64,000 nucleotides of DNA from a virus (lineage: Duplodnaviria; Heunggongvirae; Uroviricota; Caudoviricetes), in the IMG/VR virus record IMGVR_UViG_3300020451_002055. One strand, written 5' to 3'. Of the stretch, positions 48,182 to 57,681 are shown piece by piece (the stretch's first letter is position 1; every line of letters starts with the position of its first letter). Made by a program: the position numbers and the translations under genes. Under the pieces are notes generated by a model. That model was not told the DNA's origin. It saw nothing but the letters and a program-made list of their open reading frames with translations, and ran no database searches.

Positions 48182-48255
48182 GGGGATGTAGCTCAATTGA
48201 GTAGAGTGCCCGCCTGTCTAGCGGGTGGTTGAGGGTTCGAGTCCCTTCATCCTCG
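48182..48255 (+). tRNA. tRNA-Asp(GTC)
   Basis: GGGGATG/CATCCTC, CCCGC-CTGTCTA-GCGGG. Confidence 0.9.
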
Positions 48256-48268
48256 TTTGCCCAACTTT

Positions 48269-48340
48269 GGGGCGTTAGTTTAATCGGGAAAACCCCAGAC
48301 TGTCGATCTGGAATAGCGGGATCGAAACCCGCACGCCTCG
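48269..48340 (+). tRNA. tRNA-Asp(GTC)
   Basis: GGGGCGT/ACGCCTC, CCAGA-CTGTCGA-TCTGG. Confidence 0.85.
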
Positions 48341-48731
48341 TTCTTACTCAGGAGACTCGCAATGGACAATACCCCATTCTACAAACGATCCGCCTTCTGG
48401 AAAGGCGTTGCGTTTGGAGTCGTTGCCGGATTCCTCTTCGTGTTCCTTGCATGAAAGTGAAGAAGTCTTCCGATATCCTATGACATCGGCTACTCCGTAA
48501 CGATCTGCAACGCGGAGGTGCAAGCGAGGCTGAGGTAATCAGGAGGAACCTCGCTTGTAAAAGTCGCTGATTTGATTGAAGGTGCAGACAGTTGCTCGGC
48601 TAGGGACGCCTAAGTCGCCATCGGATGAAAGGGCCGGAAGCAGCTTTTCGTGAATCAGTAATGCTGGTTCTTAGTTGTTGACGAAACGACTGTAGCGACC
48701 TACCAATCGCTGCACATTTTGGGATTGAGCA

Positions 48732-49244
48732 ATGCTGCTCGACAGTCTTAGGCCAACTCAATGCGGTCTTCGATACGTTGATCAGATTGCAAGCATGGTC
48801 GAGTTTGTCCGATCAGGCGGTGTCTTCTCGCAAGAAGCTCTGCTGAGGTTTGCGGAGGCAAACAATCATGAGCCGGACAACCTCATTCAGGTTCGTCGGT
48901 TTGAGGATGGGACTCACTTTATCCATGACGGGCACCATAGATGCCTTTCGATCTGGCTTGCCGGACGAGAGAACCTTGATGCCCAAGAATTTGATTTGTC
49001 TATCTGGCATTACCACCAGTATGGAGAGATCAACTTTGATGCGGGTTATGTGACACCACATGACCCGAGAGAAGAAACCCGATACGCCGACTTCTTTGGA
49101 TTCAAGTCGGAAGCTCGGAAGATTGCAGAAACTTCGGTCGAAGAAGCGATCGAGTTCATCAGAGGAAACAGGTCTCGTTACTGCGAGCCGCGGACCTGTT
49201 GGCATGTAAGAGATTTGGCCGCAACCTTGCCTCTAAGAGGCTGA
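48732..49244 (+). CDS. ParB/Srx-like domain protein
   Basis: LRPTQ ... FIHDGHHR motif. Confidence 0.7.
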   Translation: MLLDSLRPTQCGLRYVDQIASMVEFVRSGGVFSQEALLRFAEANNHEPDNLIQVRRFEDGTHFIHDGHHRCLSIWLAGRENLDAQEFDLSIWHYHQYGEINFDAGYVTPHDPREETRYADFFGFKSEARKIAETSVEEAIEFIRGNRSRYCEPRTCWHVRDLAATLPLRG

Positions 49245-49262
49245 AAGAAGGAGGATCGAAAG

Positions 49263-50933
49263 ATGGCATACACGAAGCACTTCAGCGCAAAGAAGACCCC
49301 GCAGAACGTCCCGACTCCGGGGAAGAACCAGAAGAAGAACAACGCGGGCGGTTACGTCTATGAGATCACTCCTTGGGATCGCTTGCAGCGATTCCTGATC
49401 CTAGGCTCCGAGGGCGGCTCGTACTACGTCGGCGAGCGTAAGCTCACCGTCGATAACGCGAACTGCGTAATCGATTGCCTCAAGGAGGACGGTCGTCGCG
49501 TCGTGGACATGATCGTGGAGATTTCGGATGCGGGTCGCGCCGCTAAGAACACTCCGGCTCTGTTCGCGCTGGCTCTCGCTGCATCGGCGGATGAGCTTGA
49601 GACCCGCAAGTACGCGCTCGCAAACCTCTCGAAGGTTGCGCGTATCGGTACTCACCTCTTCGAGTTCGCGCAGTTCGTCAACCAGTTCCGTGGTTGGGGT
49701 CGTAACCTCAAGGAGTCGATCGCTAACTGGTACCTTGACATGGACGCAGAGCGTCTGGCCTACCAGGTCGTCAAGTACCCGCAGCGCACGACCGAGGAGG
49801 GCGACAGCCTGTCGGTATGGTCGCACCGCGACCTGCTCCGTAAGGTCCGCCCGAGCAACGTCAAGGGAGATCACAACAAGATCTTCGGCTATGTAACTCA
49901 GGGATGGGACACCATCCCGAGCCGTAGCCCGAAGGCTTTGCAGATCATCCGCGGAACCGAGAAGATCAAGCGAGCAAAGAGCGCAGATGAGGCCGCAGGT
50001 CTCATCGAGGAGTTCTCGTTGCCGCACGAGGTTGTTCCGAAGGAGTTCTCGGGAGATCCGAAGGTTCTCACCGCCCTCCTGCAGAGCATGCCGTTGACTG
50101 CGACGATGCGTAACCTTGGTCGCTTGACCGCGCGAGGCGTTCTTGTCCCGATGGGCAAGGAGACCTCGATGGTTATCGATCGCCTGACGGATGAGGACTA
50201 CATCCGCAAGAGCAGGATCCACCCGATCAACGTTCTTGCGGCTCTGAAGACCTACTCGCAGGGCTCAGGTCACCGCGGAAGCATGTCTTGGCAGCCGATT
50301 CAGCCGATCGTCGATGCTCTCGACTCGATGCTCTACAAGAGCTTCGGGAACATCGAGCCGACCGGCAAGAAGATTCTCATTGCCCTCGATGTTTCGGCGT
50401 CGATGGACTGGGACGGCTGCTCGGGCTTGAGCCAGATTACTCCGCGCGAGGCTTCGGCTGTCATGTCCATGGCAACCGCTCGCGTTGAGAAGAACTACCA
50501 CATCGTCGCTTTCTCAAGCGGCGGTTGGTCGAGAGGCTCGGGCCGTAGTCGCTACGGTTGGGGCTCGGGTATCCAGGATGTGGCGATCTCGCCTCGTCAG
50601 CGTTTGGACTCGGTAGTTAGCACCGTTTCTAGCCTGCCAGCAGGCGGAACCGACTGCGCTTTGCCGATGCTCTACGCTACCGAGAAGGGAATGGACATCG
50701 ACGCATTCGTTGTCTACACGGACAACGATACCTGGGCAGGAGACATCCACGCGGATCAGGCACTCAGAGAGTACCGCCGAAAGTTCAACCCGGAGGCGAA
50801 GCTCATTGTTGCCGGAACCGCATCGACCGAGTTCTCGATCGCTGACCCGAGCGATCCGGGCATGCTCGATGTTGTCGGATTCGACTCGTCGGCTCCGAGC
50901 GTCATCTCCTCGTTCATTCGAGGCATGGACTAA
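49263..50933 (+). CDS. rsr: Ro60 (TROVE + vWA) RNA-binding protein
   Basis: NNAGGYVY, RLQRFLILGSEGGSYY, WSHRDLLR, RNLGR, SRIHP, MIDAS DVSASM, GGTDC, YTDNDTW, MLDVVGFDS. Confidence 0.96.
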   Translation: MAYTKHFSAKKTPQNVPTPGKNQKKNNAGGYVYEITPWDRLQRFLILGSEGGSYYVGERKLTVDNANCVIDCLKEDGRRVVDMIVEISDAGRAAKNTPALFALALAASADELETRKYALANLSKVARIGTHLFEFAQFVNQFRGWGRNLKESIANWYLDMDAERLAYQVVKYPQRTTEEGDSLSVWSHRDLLRKVRPSNVKGDHNKIFGYVTQGWDTIPSRSPKALQIIRGTEKIKRAKSADEAAGLIEEFSLPHEVVPKEFSGDPKVLTALLQSMPLTATMRNLGRLTARGVLVPMGKETSMVIDRLTDEDYIRKSRIHPINVLAALKTYSQGSGHRGSMSWQPIQPIVDALDSMLYKSFGNIEPTGKKILIALDVSASMDWDGCSGLSQITPREASAVMSMATARVEKNYHIVAFSSGGWSRGSGRSRYGWGSGIQDVAISPRQRLDSVVSTVSSLPAGGTDCALPMLYATEKGMDIDAFVVYTDNDTWAGDIHADQALREYRRKFNPEAKLIVAGTASTEFSIADPSDPGMLDVVGFDSSAPSVISSFIRGMD

Positions 50934-50958
50934 CCCTCAGAGACAACTCTGATACAAA

Positions 50959-50995
50959 CAAAGGGGCTTCCCGTTAGGGAGGCCCCTTTTTTTTT
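50959..50995. terminator. bidirectional intrinsic terminator
   Basis: AAAAGGGGCTTCC/GGAGGCCCCTTTT hairpin with T run between convergent genes. Confidence 0.88.
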
Positions 50996-50998
50996 CAA

Positions 50999-52699
50999 TT
51001 ACCCTAGAGCATCATTCCTAAAGAACTCAACAATGTCTGCCGGGTCAGAAGGCATAATGCCTCGTAGAAGATTCTCCACAAGGTCGCTGCCATAAACATC
51101 TGTCATCTTAGGAGCATTGTAGCTGATCTGCTCGTTTCCGCTGCTTTGGAAATCATTTGCATCAACGCTATTGCCTCCTCCTGTTCTTCGATAGATGCCT
51201 CCGAACTCATCGCCGAGGCCGTCTTCTCCTAGGTCGTACTTGTTGTCCGCGACAACAAGATTTCCATTGACCTCGGACGAGAACAATACAAGCGAGCCGT
51301 ATCCTGCAACAATGTTTCCGCTGATGGTTACGGTTGCGTTACCAGGGGCATCGTTATCGTACTCAAGACCTCGATTCTGTCCGGTTCCATCAGAGATGAT
51401 GACGTTGTTCTTCATCTCGGATGGCTGATCAACAGGTCTTAGATGCAGAGCCCAGTTTCTACGCTCCTTATTATTGATGTTCTCGCCTTCGATAACTAGG
51501 TTGTTGTTACAGATGCCTCGACAATCCATATCTCCGGCCTCCCTAATGGCTTCCGGCGAGCCAACAAAAGCTCCGAGACCGTTTGCATGGAAGACATTGT
51601 TCTCTAGGACGCCGCCAGAGCGAAGCTGAATGCCGTGACTACCGTTTCGATAGCAGTAGTTGTTGCGGAAAATGATGGGCTGACCTCTGTCAGGACGATC
51701 GTCGCACCAATACTGAGTATAGATGCCATGACTATAGATAGAAGCATTAGCTCTGTCATCGTCTCTAACATCAGCAGGTAGCTGAGCCTGTATTGGGGGA
51801 TGCCAGGTCGTAAAGCCGTTCAACGCAACGATGTTGTATTCGAAGATGATACCTCGAACGCCGTTGAAGTAGCCGCCCTGCGATCTTGCTGCGTGTCGAT
51901 CCGGATCGTCTGCACCATCAATGGCCCGACCGTTTCCGTTTCTAGCTATGACGCATCCGCCAACGTAAAGATTCTCGTACCATTCGTTGTTGTTCTTGGC
52001 TTTGCCGCCATTGTCGATAACAAAGCCATCCATGAACCATTGAATGTCAAGGTCTTCGAATCTGACGTTGAGACCCTTATCTACAATAGAGACTCCCTTA
52101 CCTCTAAACTCAGAGCCTTGCTTCGGGCGGAAACGGATACCGGAAATGAGAGCGTTCTCGCAGTATCCCTTTCCATTGCCGACCATTGACATAACCGTCT
52201 TACCTTCTTCTTCGGGTCTGATTGTAGGTCTGTTGCCTGATCCGTATCTACCGAAGATAGCTGGCTTGTTTGGATTGCTTGACTGAAGAAACTGTCCCCA
52301 GCCCCAGAATGTATCTCTTGTATTGATAAGGTACTCTCCGCCTGCTTGTAGCAGGAGAGCAGGTATTTTACCGTTGCCTCTAGCTTGTTTTGCTTGCTCG
52401 ACAAACGGAGTGATGTTTACAGGCGAACTCTGAGCTTCAACCCGAATGACCTCGTAATCCGAATCGCTTAGATCGATGCTCTGCAAAAGCGGCTCAAAGC
52501 CAGTCGAAGGTGGCGGTGGAGGAGGGGGAGGTGGCGGTGGAGGAGGGGGAGGAGGTTGGCATGGGACCGAAGGCGGGTAGTTACACCTTGACTGGCATGC
52601 CGAGTTGCCAACATTCTTTAGCAAACTCAACGAAGCTGCATTCAGTCCATTGAGTGCGCGGTAAAACTCAGCAGAATACTGCTCTAGTTCATCACTCAT
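50999..52699 (-). CDS. right-handed beta-helix protein with poly-Pro(16) linker; possible virion depolymerase
   Basis: Repeated I.ENN/NG/HGIY beta-helix motifs; Pro run at 52508-52555. Confidence 0.7.
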   Translation of the reverse strand: MSDELEQYSAEFYRALNGLNAASLSLLKNVGNSACQSRCNYPPSVPCQPPPPPPPPPPPPPPPPSTGFEPLLQSIDLSDSDYEVIRVEAQSSPVNITPFVEQAKQARGNGKIPALLLQAGGEYLINTRDTFWGWGQFLQSSNPNKPAIFGRYGSGNRPTIRPEEEGKTVMSMVGNGKGYCENALISGIRFRPKQGSEFRGKGVSIVDKGLNVRFEDLDIQWFMDGFVIDNGGKAKNNNEWYENLYVGGCVIARNGNGRAIDGADDPDRHAARSQGGYFNGVRGIIFEYNIVALNGFTTWHPPIQAQLPADVRDDDRANASIYSHGIYTQYWCDDRPDRGQPIIFRNNYCYRNGSHGIQLRSGGVLENNVFHANGLGAFVGSPEAIREAGDMDCRGICNNNLVIEGENINNKERRNWALHLRPVDQPSEMKNNVIISDGTGQNRGLEYDNDAPGNATVTISGNIVAGYGSLVLFSSEVNGNLVVADNKYDLGEDGLGDEFGGIYRRTGGGNSVDANDFQSSGNEQISYNAPKMTDVYGSDLVENLLRGIMPSDPADIVEFFRNDALG

Positions 52700-52897
52700 A
52701 TCGATATTCCTTATGGGGCCTATTCCCTAGGAACTCTATACAAGTCGTTTTAGGGGAAAGTCCTTGTTGGAGTGAGCATTTTGTCTGCGTGAAAGTCTAA
52801 ATCAGATACTTCTTCTTACCGAATTCACATTCATGCTGGATGCTCCTGTAGAGGTCCAGCGACAAACGTTGACCTTGCTTACATAAGGAGGTAGACA

Positions 52898-53413
52898 ATG
52901 GCAAGCAACAACGGTCTTTCCCGTCGTGCGCCGACAACCAACAGTCGGCAAGAGATGATTCGCGGTAGCGAGCATCCTCTCAACTTCAATAGTCCTGTTC
53001 TGGACCGCTTCTTTAATTCAAGCATCGGATTCAATGAGATGTTTGATCGCCTTTTCGAAGGCGTCCCAAAGAAGCTCGACTCATATCCGCCTTACAACTT
53101 GTTCAAGTACGACAGCGGCTATTTACTAGAAATGGCAGTTGCGGGTTTTCCTCGCGACAACATCAGTATTTACCGCGAAAACGGAGACCTCATTATCGAA
53201 GGAAGCAAGCCATCGATGAGCGAGGAAGAACAAGAAGCGAACTGCAAATCGGTTCTCCATCAAGGCTTGGCCCTTCGGGGTTTCAAACAGGTTTTGAAGG
53301 TTTCGGATTTGATCGAGGTCCAAGAGGCCCGCCTCGAAGACGGCATCCTCAGGATCAAGCTCGAACAGGTAGAGCCTGATCCGCCCGATCGAGAGTATAT
53401 ACAGATCGGGTAA
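52898..53413 (+). CDS. Hsp20 small heat-shock protein
   Basis: YPPYNL, LEMAVAGF, LHQGLALRGF, ARLEDGILRI. Confidence 0.93.
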   Translation: MASNNGLSRRAPTTNSRQEMIRGSEHPLNFNSPVLDRFFNSSIGFNEMFDRLFEGVPKKLDSYPPYNLFKYDSGYLLEMAVAGFPRDNISIYRENGDLIIEGSKPSMSEEEQEANCKSVLHQGLALRGFKQVLKVSDLIEVQEARLEDGILRIKLEQVEPDPPDREYIQIG

Positions 53414-53416
53414 GAT

Positions 53417-53440
53417 AAAGGCCCTCGAAAGAGGGCCTTT
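53417..53440. terminator. bidirectional terminator
   Basis: AAAGGCCCTC GAAA GAGGGCCTTT. Confidence 0.8.
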
Positions 53441-53445
53441 GTCTT

Positions 53446-53730
53446 TTACATGATCATTGGGTCTTCAGGAACGACTTGTATATTGCCATTTATCTGCATC
53501 AACAAGTTCTGCTGATGCATAGTCAGTTGACCGCCTTGCTCGTTTGCAACCATCATAGATGCAGAATTAGCAGCATTGTAGATTTCATCAGGCATCAAAA
53601 GGCCTTCATCTACTGCATCTAGGTTATGCATTAGGTCTGGCACATGCACGTCTTGATCCCTAGCAGACCTGAGCCAGCCAACTATGAGGTTGACCATATT
53701 CATGTTTTGGGCTCTTTTATACCAGTTCAT
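53446..53730 (-). CDS. hypothetical protein (MNWYK N-terminus)
   Basis: ATGA-coupled ORF. Confidence 0.65.
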   Translation of the reverse strand: MNWYKRAQNMNMVNLIVGWLRSARDQDVHVPDLMHNLDAVDEGLLMPDEIYNAANSASMMVANEQGGQLTMHQQNLLMQINGNIQVVPEDPMIM

Positions 53731-54473
53731 CGTTGAATGCTAAAGTTGAAAAGCCTTGCATCATCTTTGGATGTAGCTTCATGATCATACTCTTTGAGGT
53801 AAAGGGTGTCTTCGCTGAATCCCCTAGATACTAGATACTCGCAAAACTCTCTCCAACCTTTGATAATACCGTTTATCTCGCCTCCGAAAGCGCTCGCATG
53901 AAGCTCTCCAACGATGCGGTCTACTTTGTTGAGGAGACTGGAGGTATAGAGAATTTCAAACTCGGAGCCTTCGCAATCAAGCTTGAGTATATCTATCTTC
54001 TTGAACCCGTCAGATATAGCTCCATCGATGATCTCGTCTAAGCCTATAGATTCAACAGCTAGCTTACCTGTAACAGAACAAACGCTTGCTCCGGTATTTT
54101 GGATATTTCGATACTTAGGGATACTCTCATTCATAATGGGAAACTGATCATCTAGGATATAGACCTGTTCTTTTATATCGCTGCGCCATACCGCCTTGTT
54201 CCAAGATTGTATGAGAGGGTTGTTGCCTGTATTTTTCAGAAGGTACTTGAAGTTTTCCGGATGAGGCTCGAAGGCATAGACGACTGCTCCCCTCTGAGCG
54301 GCGGCCAGGGCAAAGACTCCGATATGCGCTCCTACGTCGATGCAGCATTGCCTCTCCATGGACAGAGAACGCTTTTTGAGAGTTGTAACGAAATGCTCAG
54401 GAAGGCCATAATTGTTGGTGCCGAAAATTTCGTCAACGATCATAGAGTCGATTGTATTGGGTCTTAGAAACAT
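53727..54473 (-). CDS. FkbM-family methyltransferase
   Basis: IDVGAHIG, AFEP, LKLDCEGSE. Confidence 0.9.
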   Translation of the reverse strand: MFLRPNTIDSMIVDEIFGTNNYGLPEHFVTTLKKRSLSMERQCCIDVGAHIGVFALAAAQRGAVVYAFEPHPENFKYLLKNTGNNPLIQSWNKAVWRSDIKEQVYILDDQFPIMNESIPKYRNIQNTGASVCSVTGKLAVESIGLDEIIDGAISDGFKKIDILKLDCEGSEFEILYTSSLLNKVDRIVGELHASAFGGEINGIIKGWREFCEYLVSRGFSEDTLYLKEYDHEATSKDDARLFNFSIQR

Positions 54474-54479
54474 AGTTGC

Positions 54480-55070
54480 CTAGGCATTCTTAGTATAGCC
54501 CATTCTGGTTAGCGCCCTTGCAATATCTCTTGAGGTTTCCTGAATCGCTGATTCGTCAAAATCCCAAAAGCATGCATAGAGCATATAGGTGATATACTGC
54601 GATAGCTCCTTTTCTCCCTTGAGACTGACCCTCATACGCAGAACTTTGTTCTTTGTATAGGGAGATGAAACTTCTCCATTGACTCCGGTTTTTAGACCAG
54701 AGACTCGTTCGTGCTTATATCTTTTACCGCGGAGAAGAAGATACTGAGCCTTTTTGCCCTGATAGCCTTCTTCATCGCTCATATGCCAACCGAATCGCCA
54801 CAGAGCGCGGGCGATATCAGAGGCAGATTGCTCAATCCCCTCTTCGCTCACATCCCAGAAGCAAGCATGAAGCATTTCATGAATCAATACGTCCAACCGG
54901 CGTTCGCCCTTGAGTCCAGAGAAGTATCGTATGGTACGATTGGGGCTATTCGGACTTGAACAGTCTCCGTAAATAGGGCTCTCTTCAGGTCCAAGCTTAG
55001 ACGCTAGTATAACTCGATAGCTTCGCTTCCGTAATGTGATCCTCTTGATGTTCTCAAAGGCTTTGCGCAT
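54480..55070 (-). CDS. tandem-duplicated HExxH domain protein
   Basis: IHEMLHACFWD repeated as ITYMLYACFWD. Confidence 0.7.
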   Translation of the reverse strand: MRKAFENIKRITLRKRSYRVILASKLGPEESPIYGDCSSPNSPNRTIRYFSGLKGERRLDVLIHEMLHACFWDVSEEGIEQSASDIARALWRFGWHMSDEEGYQGKKAQYLLLRGKRYKHERVSGLKTGVNGEVSSPYTKNKVLRMRVSLKGEKELSQYITYMLYACFWDFDESAIQETSRDIARALTRMGYTKNA

Positions 55071-55998
55071 CTTCCTTCTTCTCTGCCGCCACAGACAGGA
55101 ACTCATACACGGTCGGATTCGTTACCAGGTCTTCAGGAGTCGCATTTGCAGGAACGAGTTCTGTCAGCAACCTGTATACTACTGAATCGGCATGATCCTG
55201 CGAAATCGGTACGGACTCCCGATAGAAACCTATGTCTCCCATGTATTCGTGACAAGCATGCGAACCGGAAATGATGCTTGGAGCAAAACTAAAGGGGATA
55301 ATCCCTTGCAGGATAGCAAGTATCGTCGTTTCTATATGGTCAGAAGCTATTTTCTTGCAGTTTCTTAGTCTAATACCATTGGACTTAGAATGTATGTATT
55401 CTGCCCCTATATTTGAAGCAAAGTTCTCGGCAACTTTGCGTGTTTCTATTGGAAATGACGAATCGGTCAGAACTTGGTCAAATCGGATGTCGTGTTTTTC
55501 AAAGAGATCAATGGACCTCTGAGTGTCTATAAGACATCGAGCGGGCACATAAACTTCATGACCATCTTCTGCAGGACCGCTCCTTGCAACGCCATGATCC
55601 TTCATGAAGCTGTCAAGTCCCCTGCGACCCATTTTGGTCAAGGGCTTCCTCCAATTGGTCTGCTTGCATATACGACTATGCTTGCCCCAGCCTTCCATAT
55701 CATAGAGGAAGGTATATGACCTGAACGGAGAAGAGTCTACGAACAAGCAGTTCTTATAGCGGACATGCTTGTGTATCTCGCCATCGTTGTTGTTCTGCAG
55801 TATGACACTATCTGCTGAGGCTATTCTTTCATGGATATGGCTGAGAGGACAATCATCATAATGAATCCATTCGTATTCAAATCCATGATCCGCGAGTAAA
55901 AACTCGATAGCTCCTGCTGCTCTAAATCTATAGTTGGAAGAGGTTGCAAGTACAATCATTTGTTGCTTCCGGGTTTGTATTGATGGGTTGTCTGCCAA
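55054..55998 (-). CDS. hypothetical protein, possibly glycan-modifying
   Basis: Within GT cluster, coupled overlaps. Confidence 0.6.
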   Translation of the reverse strand: MADNPSIQTRKQQMIVLATSSNYRFRAAGAIEFLLADHGFEYEWIHYDDCPLSHIHERIASADSVILQNNNDGEIHKHVRYKNCLFVDSSPFRSYTFLYDMEGWGKHSRICKQTNWRKPLTKMGRRGLDSFMKDHGVARSGPAEDGHEVYVPARCLIDTQRSIDLFEKHDIRFDQVLTDSSFPIETRKVAENFASNIGAEYIHSKSNGIRLRNCKKIASDHIETTILAILQGIIPFSFAPSIISGSHACHEYMGDIGFYRESVPISQDHADSVVYRLLTELVPANATPEDLVTNPTVYEFLSVAAEKKEDAQSL

Positions 55999-57044
55999 TC
56001 TGAGATCGACTCAGGATGATTGCCATCGAATGAGAGGACTCCGCCTTCGTAATAAGACAATATTGACCTAACTACATCATCGACAGAAATCATGTCCATG
56101 CACTTCGGTATCTTCAGCCCATCGCTGACAATAACCGGGAGCCTACAAAGAGCTTCCGGGTCGTCTTTCTCGTCTCCGTCTCCGACTTCTTGGCAACGGC
56201 TTCTCCAGCAGCCTCCGCCTATCGGCGAGCATGGCAGAGCCCCGCAGTTCTCAAGAAAACGATGACCCGGATAGGCTTCCCAATGAGCAGGCTCTCGGGC
56301 CCCGGCAACAACGACGCAAGGCCTTACATCAGGATGTCCTGGTTTCTGAGGAACAGCGGCAGCTAGGTGCATAACAGCCGTTACGGGACAAAGCACCCCA
56401 TCTGCATGATATACTAGCTTGATAAGGTCTCGTAAAGAAGTCTTTCCAATCGCATTGATAGCCTCAGGTATCTCTTGATGGAAATCCGACTCCGTACCTA
56501 TCTGAACAAACTGAATGCGATCGCCAAGTCTAGATACGACTTCCCTATACCTGTCAGGATCCCACCACTTGGCGGTAAAGTCATACTTGCCGCCAGCATT
56601 GATGATCCAATAGTTCGATTCGATGCCGAGACGATCATGAAGGTCTCTATCGATCTTCTCTTCTTCCGCGAGATGAATATCGCCCTTGAAGTCGCCTTGA
56701 GGTATATGGCCGAATATGCCTGCTATGTATTTCCGATAGCCATGAATGAAGTGATAGGGCCTCTGATTGCTTTCCTGAATGAGATGATAGAATACTGAAT
56801 GACTTTCTATCTCATTGCCTTCTTCATCAAAATAGCGGTCTCCGACCCTCTCATAGAAAAAGTCGGAGACATTCGGATTGTTCAAAAGCAAATCAGAATG
56901 CTTGCAATCAACAGCTACTTCGTAGCGATATCCGTAGGAGGCTACAAAGTCTCTGATTGCGGCAGTAAGGACAACGACATCGCCCGGAGGGAGTTCAGTC
57001 CTCAGTATCACTTTCTTCTTTGATCGATTCAAGGTATCTCTCAT
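55956..57044 (-). CDS. GT9-like glycosyltransferase
   Basis: GDVVVLT, K.W, GKTSLRDL..L..A, MHLAAA. Confidence 0.8.
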   Translation of the reverse strand: MRDTLNRSKKKVILRTELPPGDVVVLTAAIRDFVASYGYRYEVAVDCKHSDLLLNNPNVSDFFYERVGDRYFDEEGNEIESHSVFYHLIQESNQRPYHFIHGYRKYIAGIFGHIPQGDFKGDIHLAEEEKIDRDLHDRLGIESNYWIINAGGKYDFTAKWWDPDRYREVVSRLGDRIQFVQIGTESDFHQEIPEAINAIGKTSLRDLIKLVYHADGVLCPVTAVMHLAAAVPQKPGHPDVRPCVVVAGAREPAHWEAYPGHRFLENCGALPCSPIGGGCWRSRCQEVGDGDEKDDPEALCRLPVIVSDGLKIPKCMDMISVDDVVRSILSYYEGGVLSFDGNHPESISDWQTTHQYKPGSNK

Positions 57045-57681
57045 GAGCTTCTTCGCTTCGCTTTAGTACGCAGAATCCCATGAAGCTTGTTCCTCGCAAG
57101 ACCTTGTGATGCTGAGAATGGATTAGAGAGTTGTAGCCTAGAGCGGAACCAGCTTCGAGATGATGCATGATTGGGTCATTGCCTTCTCCGTTGTAAAACT
57201 CGATCTCTCCGCCGATGAAGTCGTCATTGAAAGCGATGAGCAAAGAGTAGCATCTAGGGAGACCTGGCTTACTGTCTGCATGCCATACGAAGAAGTCGGC
57301 CTGATCAGAACGGATAAGCTGACATATCTCGACCTCAAGCTCATGGATTGGAAGACCATCTTCTTGAGCTTTCTTGAAAGTCTCTGTCTGCAATCTTTCA
57401 AGCAGCTTGATCAACCGTTCATCCGAAGTATCTTCCTTTTCGATAAGCTTCTGTCTGCGGATAGTAGGCATGACCATGTAGGAATTGCCATTATCCGTCA
57501 CTTGAGCCACTCGCCAATCTTCGCTCTCATCAAGATATTGAACCATAGAAGCGAGTTCATCTGCATCTATGACATTCTTGAAAAGTTGGTAGTGGTCCTT
57601 AGCCAAATAGGTGTCGGAATGCTTCATAGTCTTCTCCATCGCCTCGGCGTCCGCAGGCGTCCATAATGATACCAAATCCAT
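56995..57681 (-). CDS. 2OG-Fe(II) oxygenase
   Basis: FFVWHAD, DDFIGGE, IHSQH. Confidence 0.75.
   Translation of the reverse strand: MDLVSLWTPADAEAMEKTMKHSDTYLAKDHYQLFKNVIDADELASMVQYLDESEDWRVAQVTDNGNSYMVMPTIRRQKLIEKEDTSDERLIKLLERLQTETFKKAQEDGLPIHELEVEICQLIRSDQADFFVWHADSKPGLPRCYSLLIAFNDDFIGGEIEFYNGEGNDPIMHHLEAGSALGYNSLIHSQHHKVLRGTSFMGFCVLKRSEEAHERYLESIKEESDTED

Noticed and set aside
48680-48715. tmRNA tag-like frame (NDCSDLPIAA)
   Set aside because: No stop after AA and no tRNA-Ala-like ends found.
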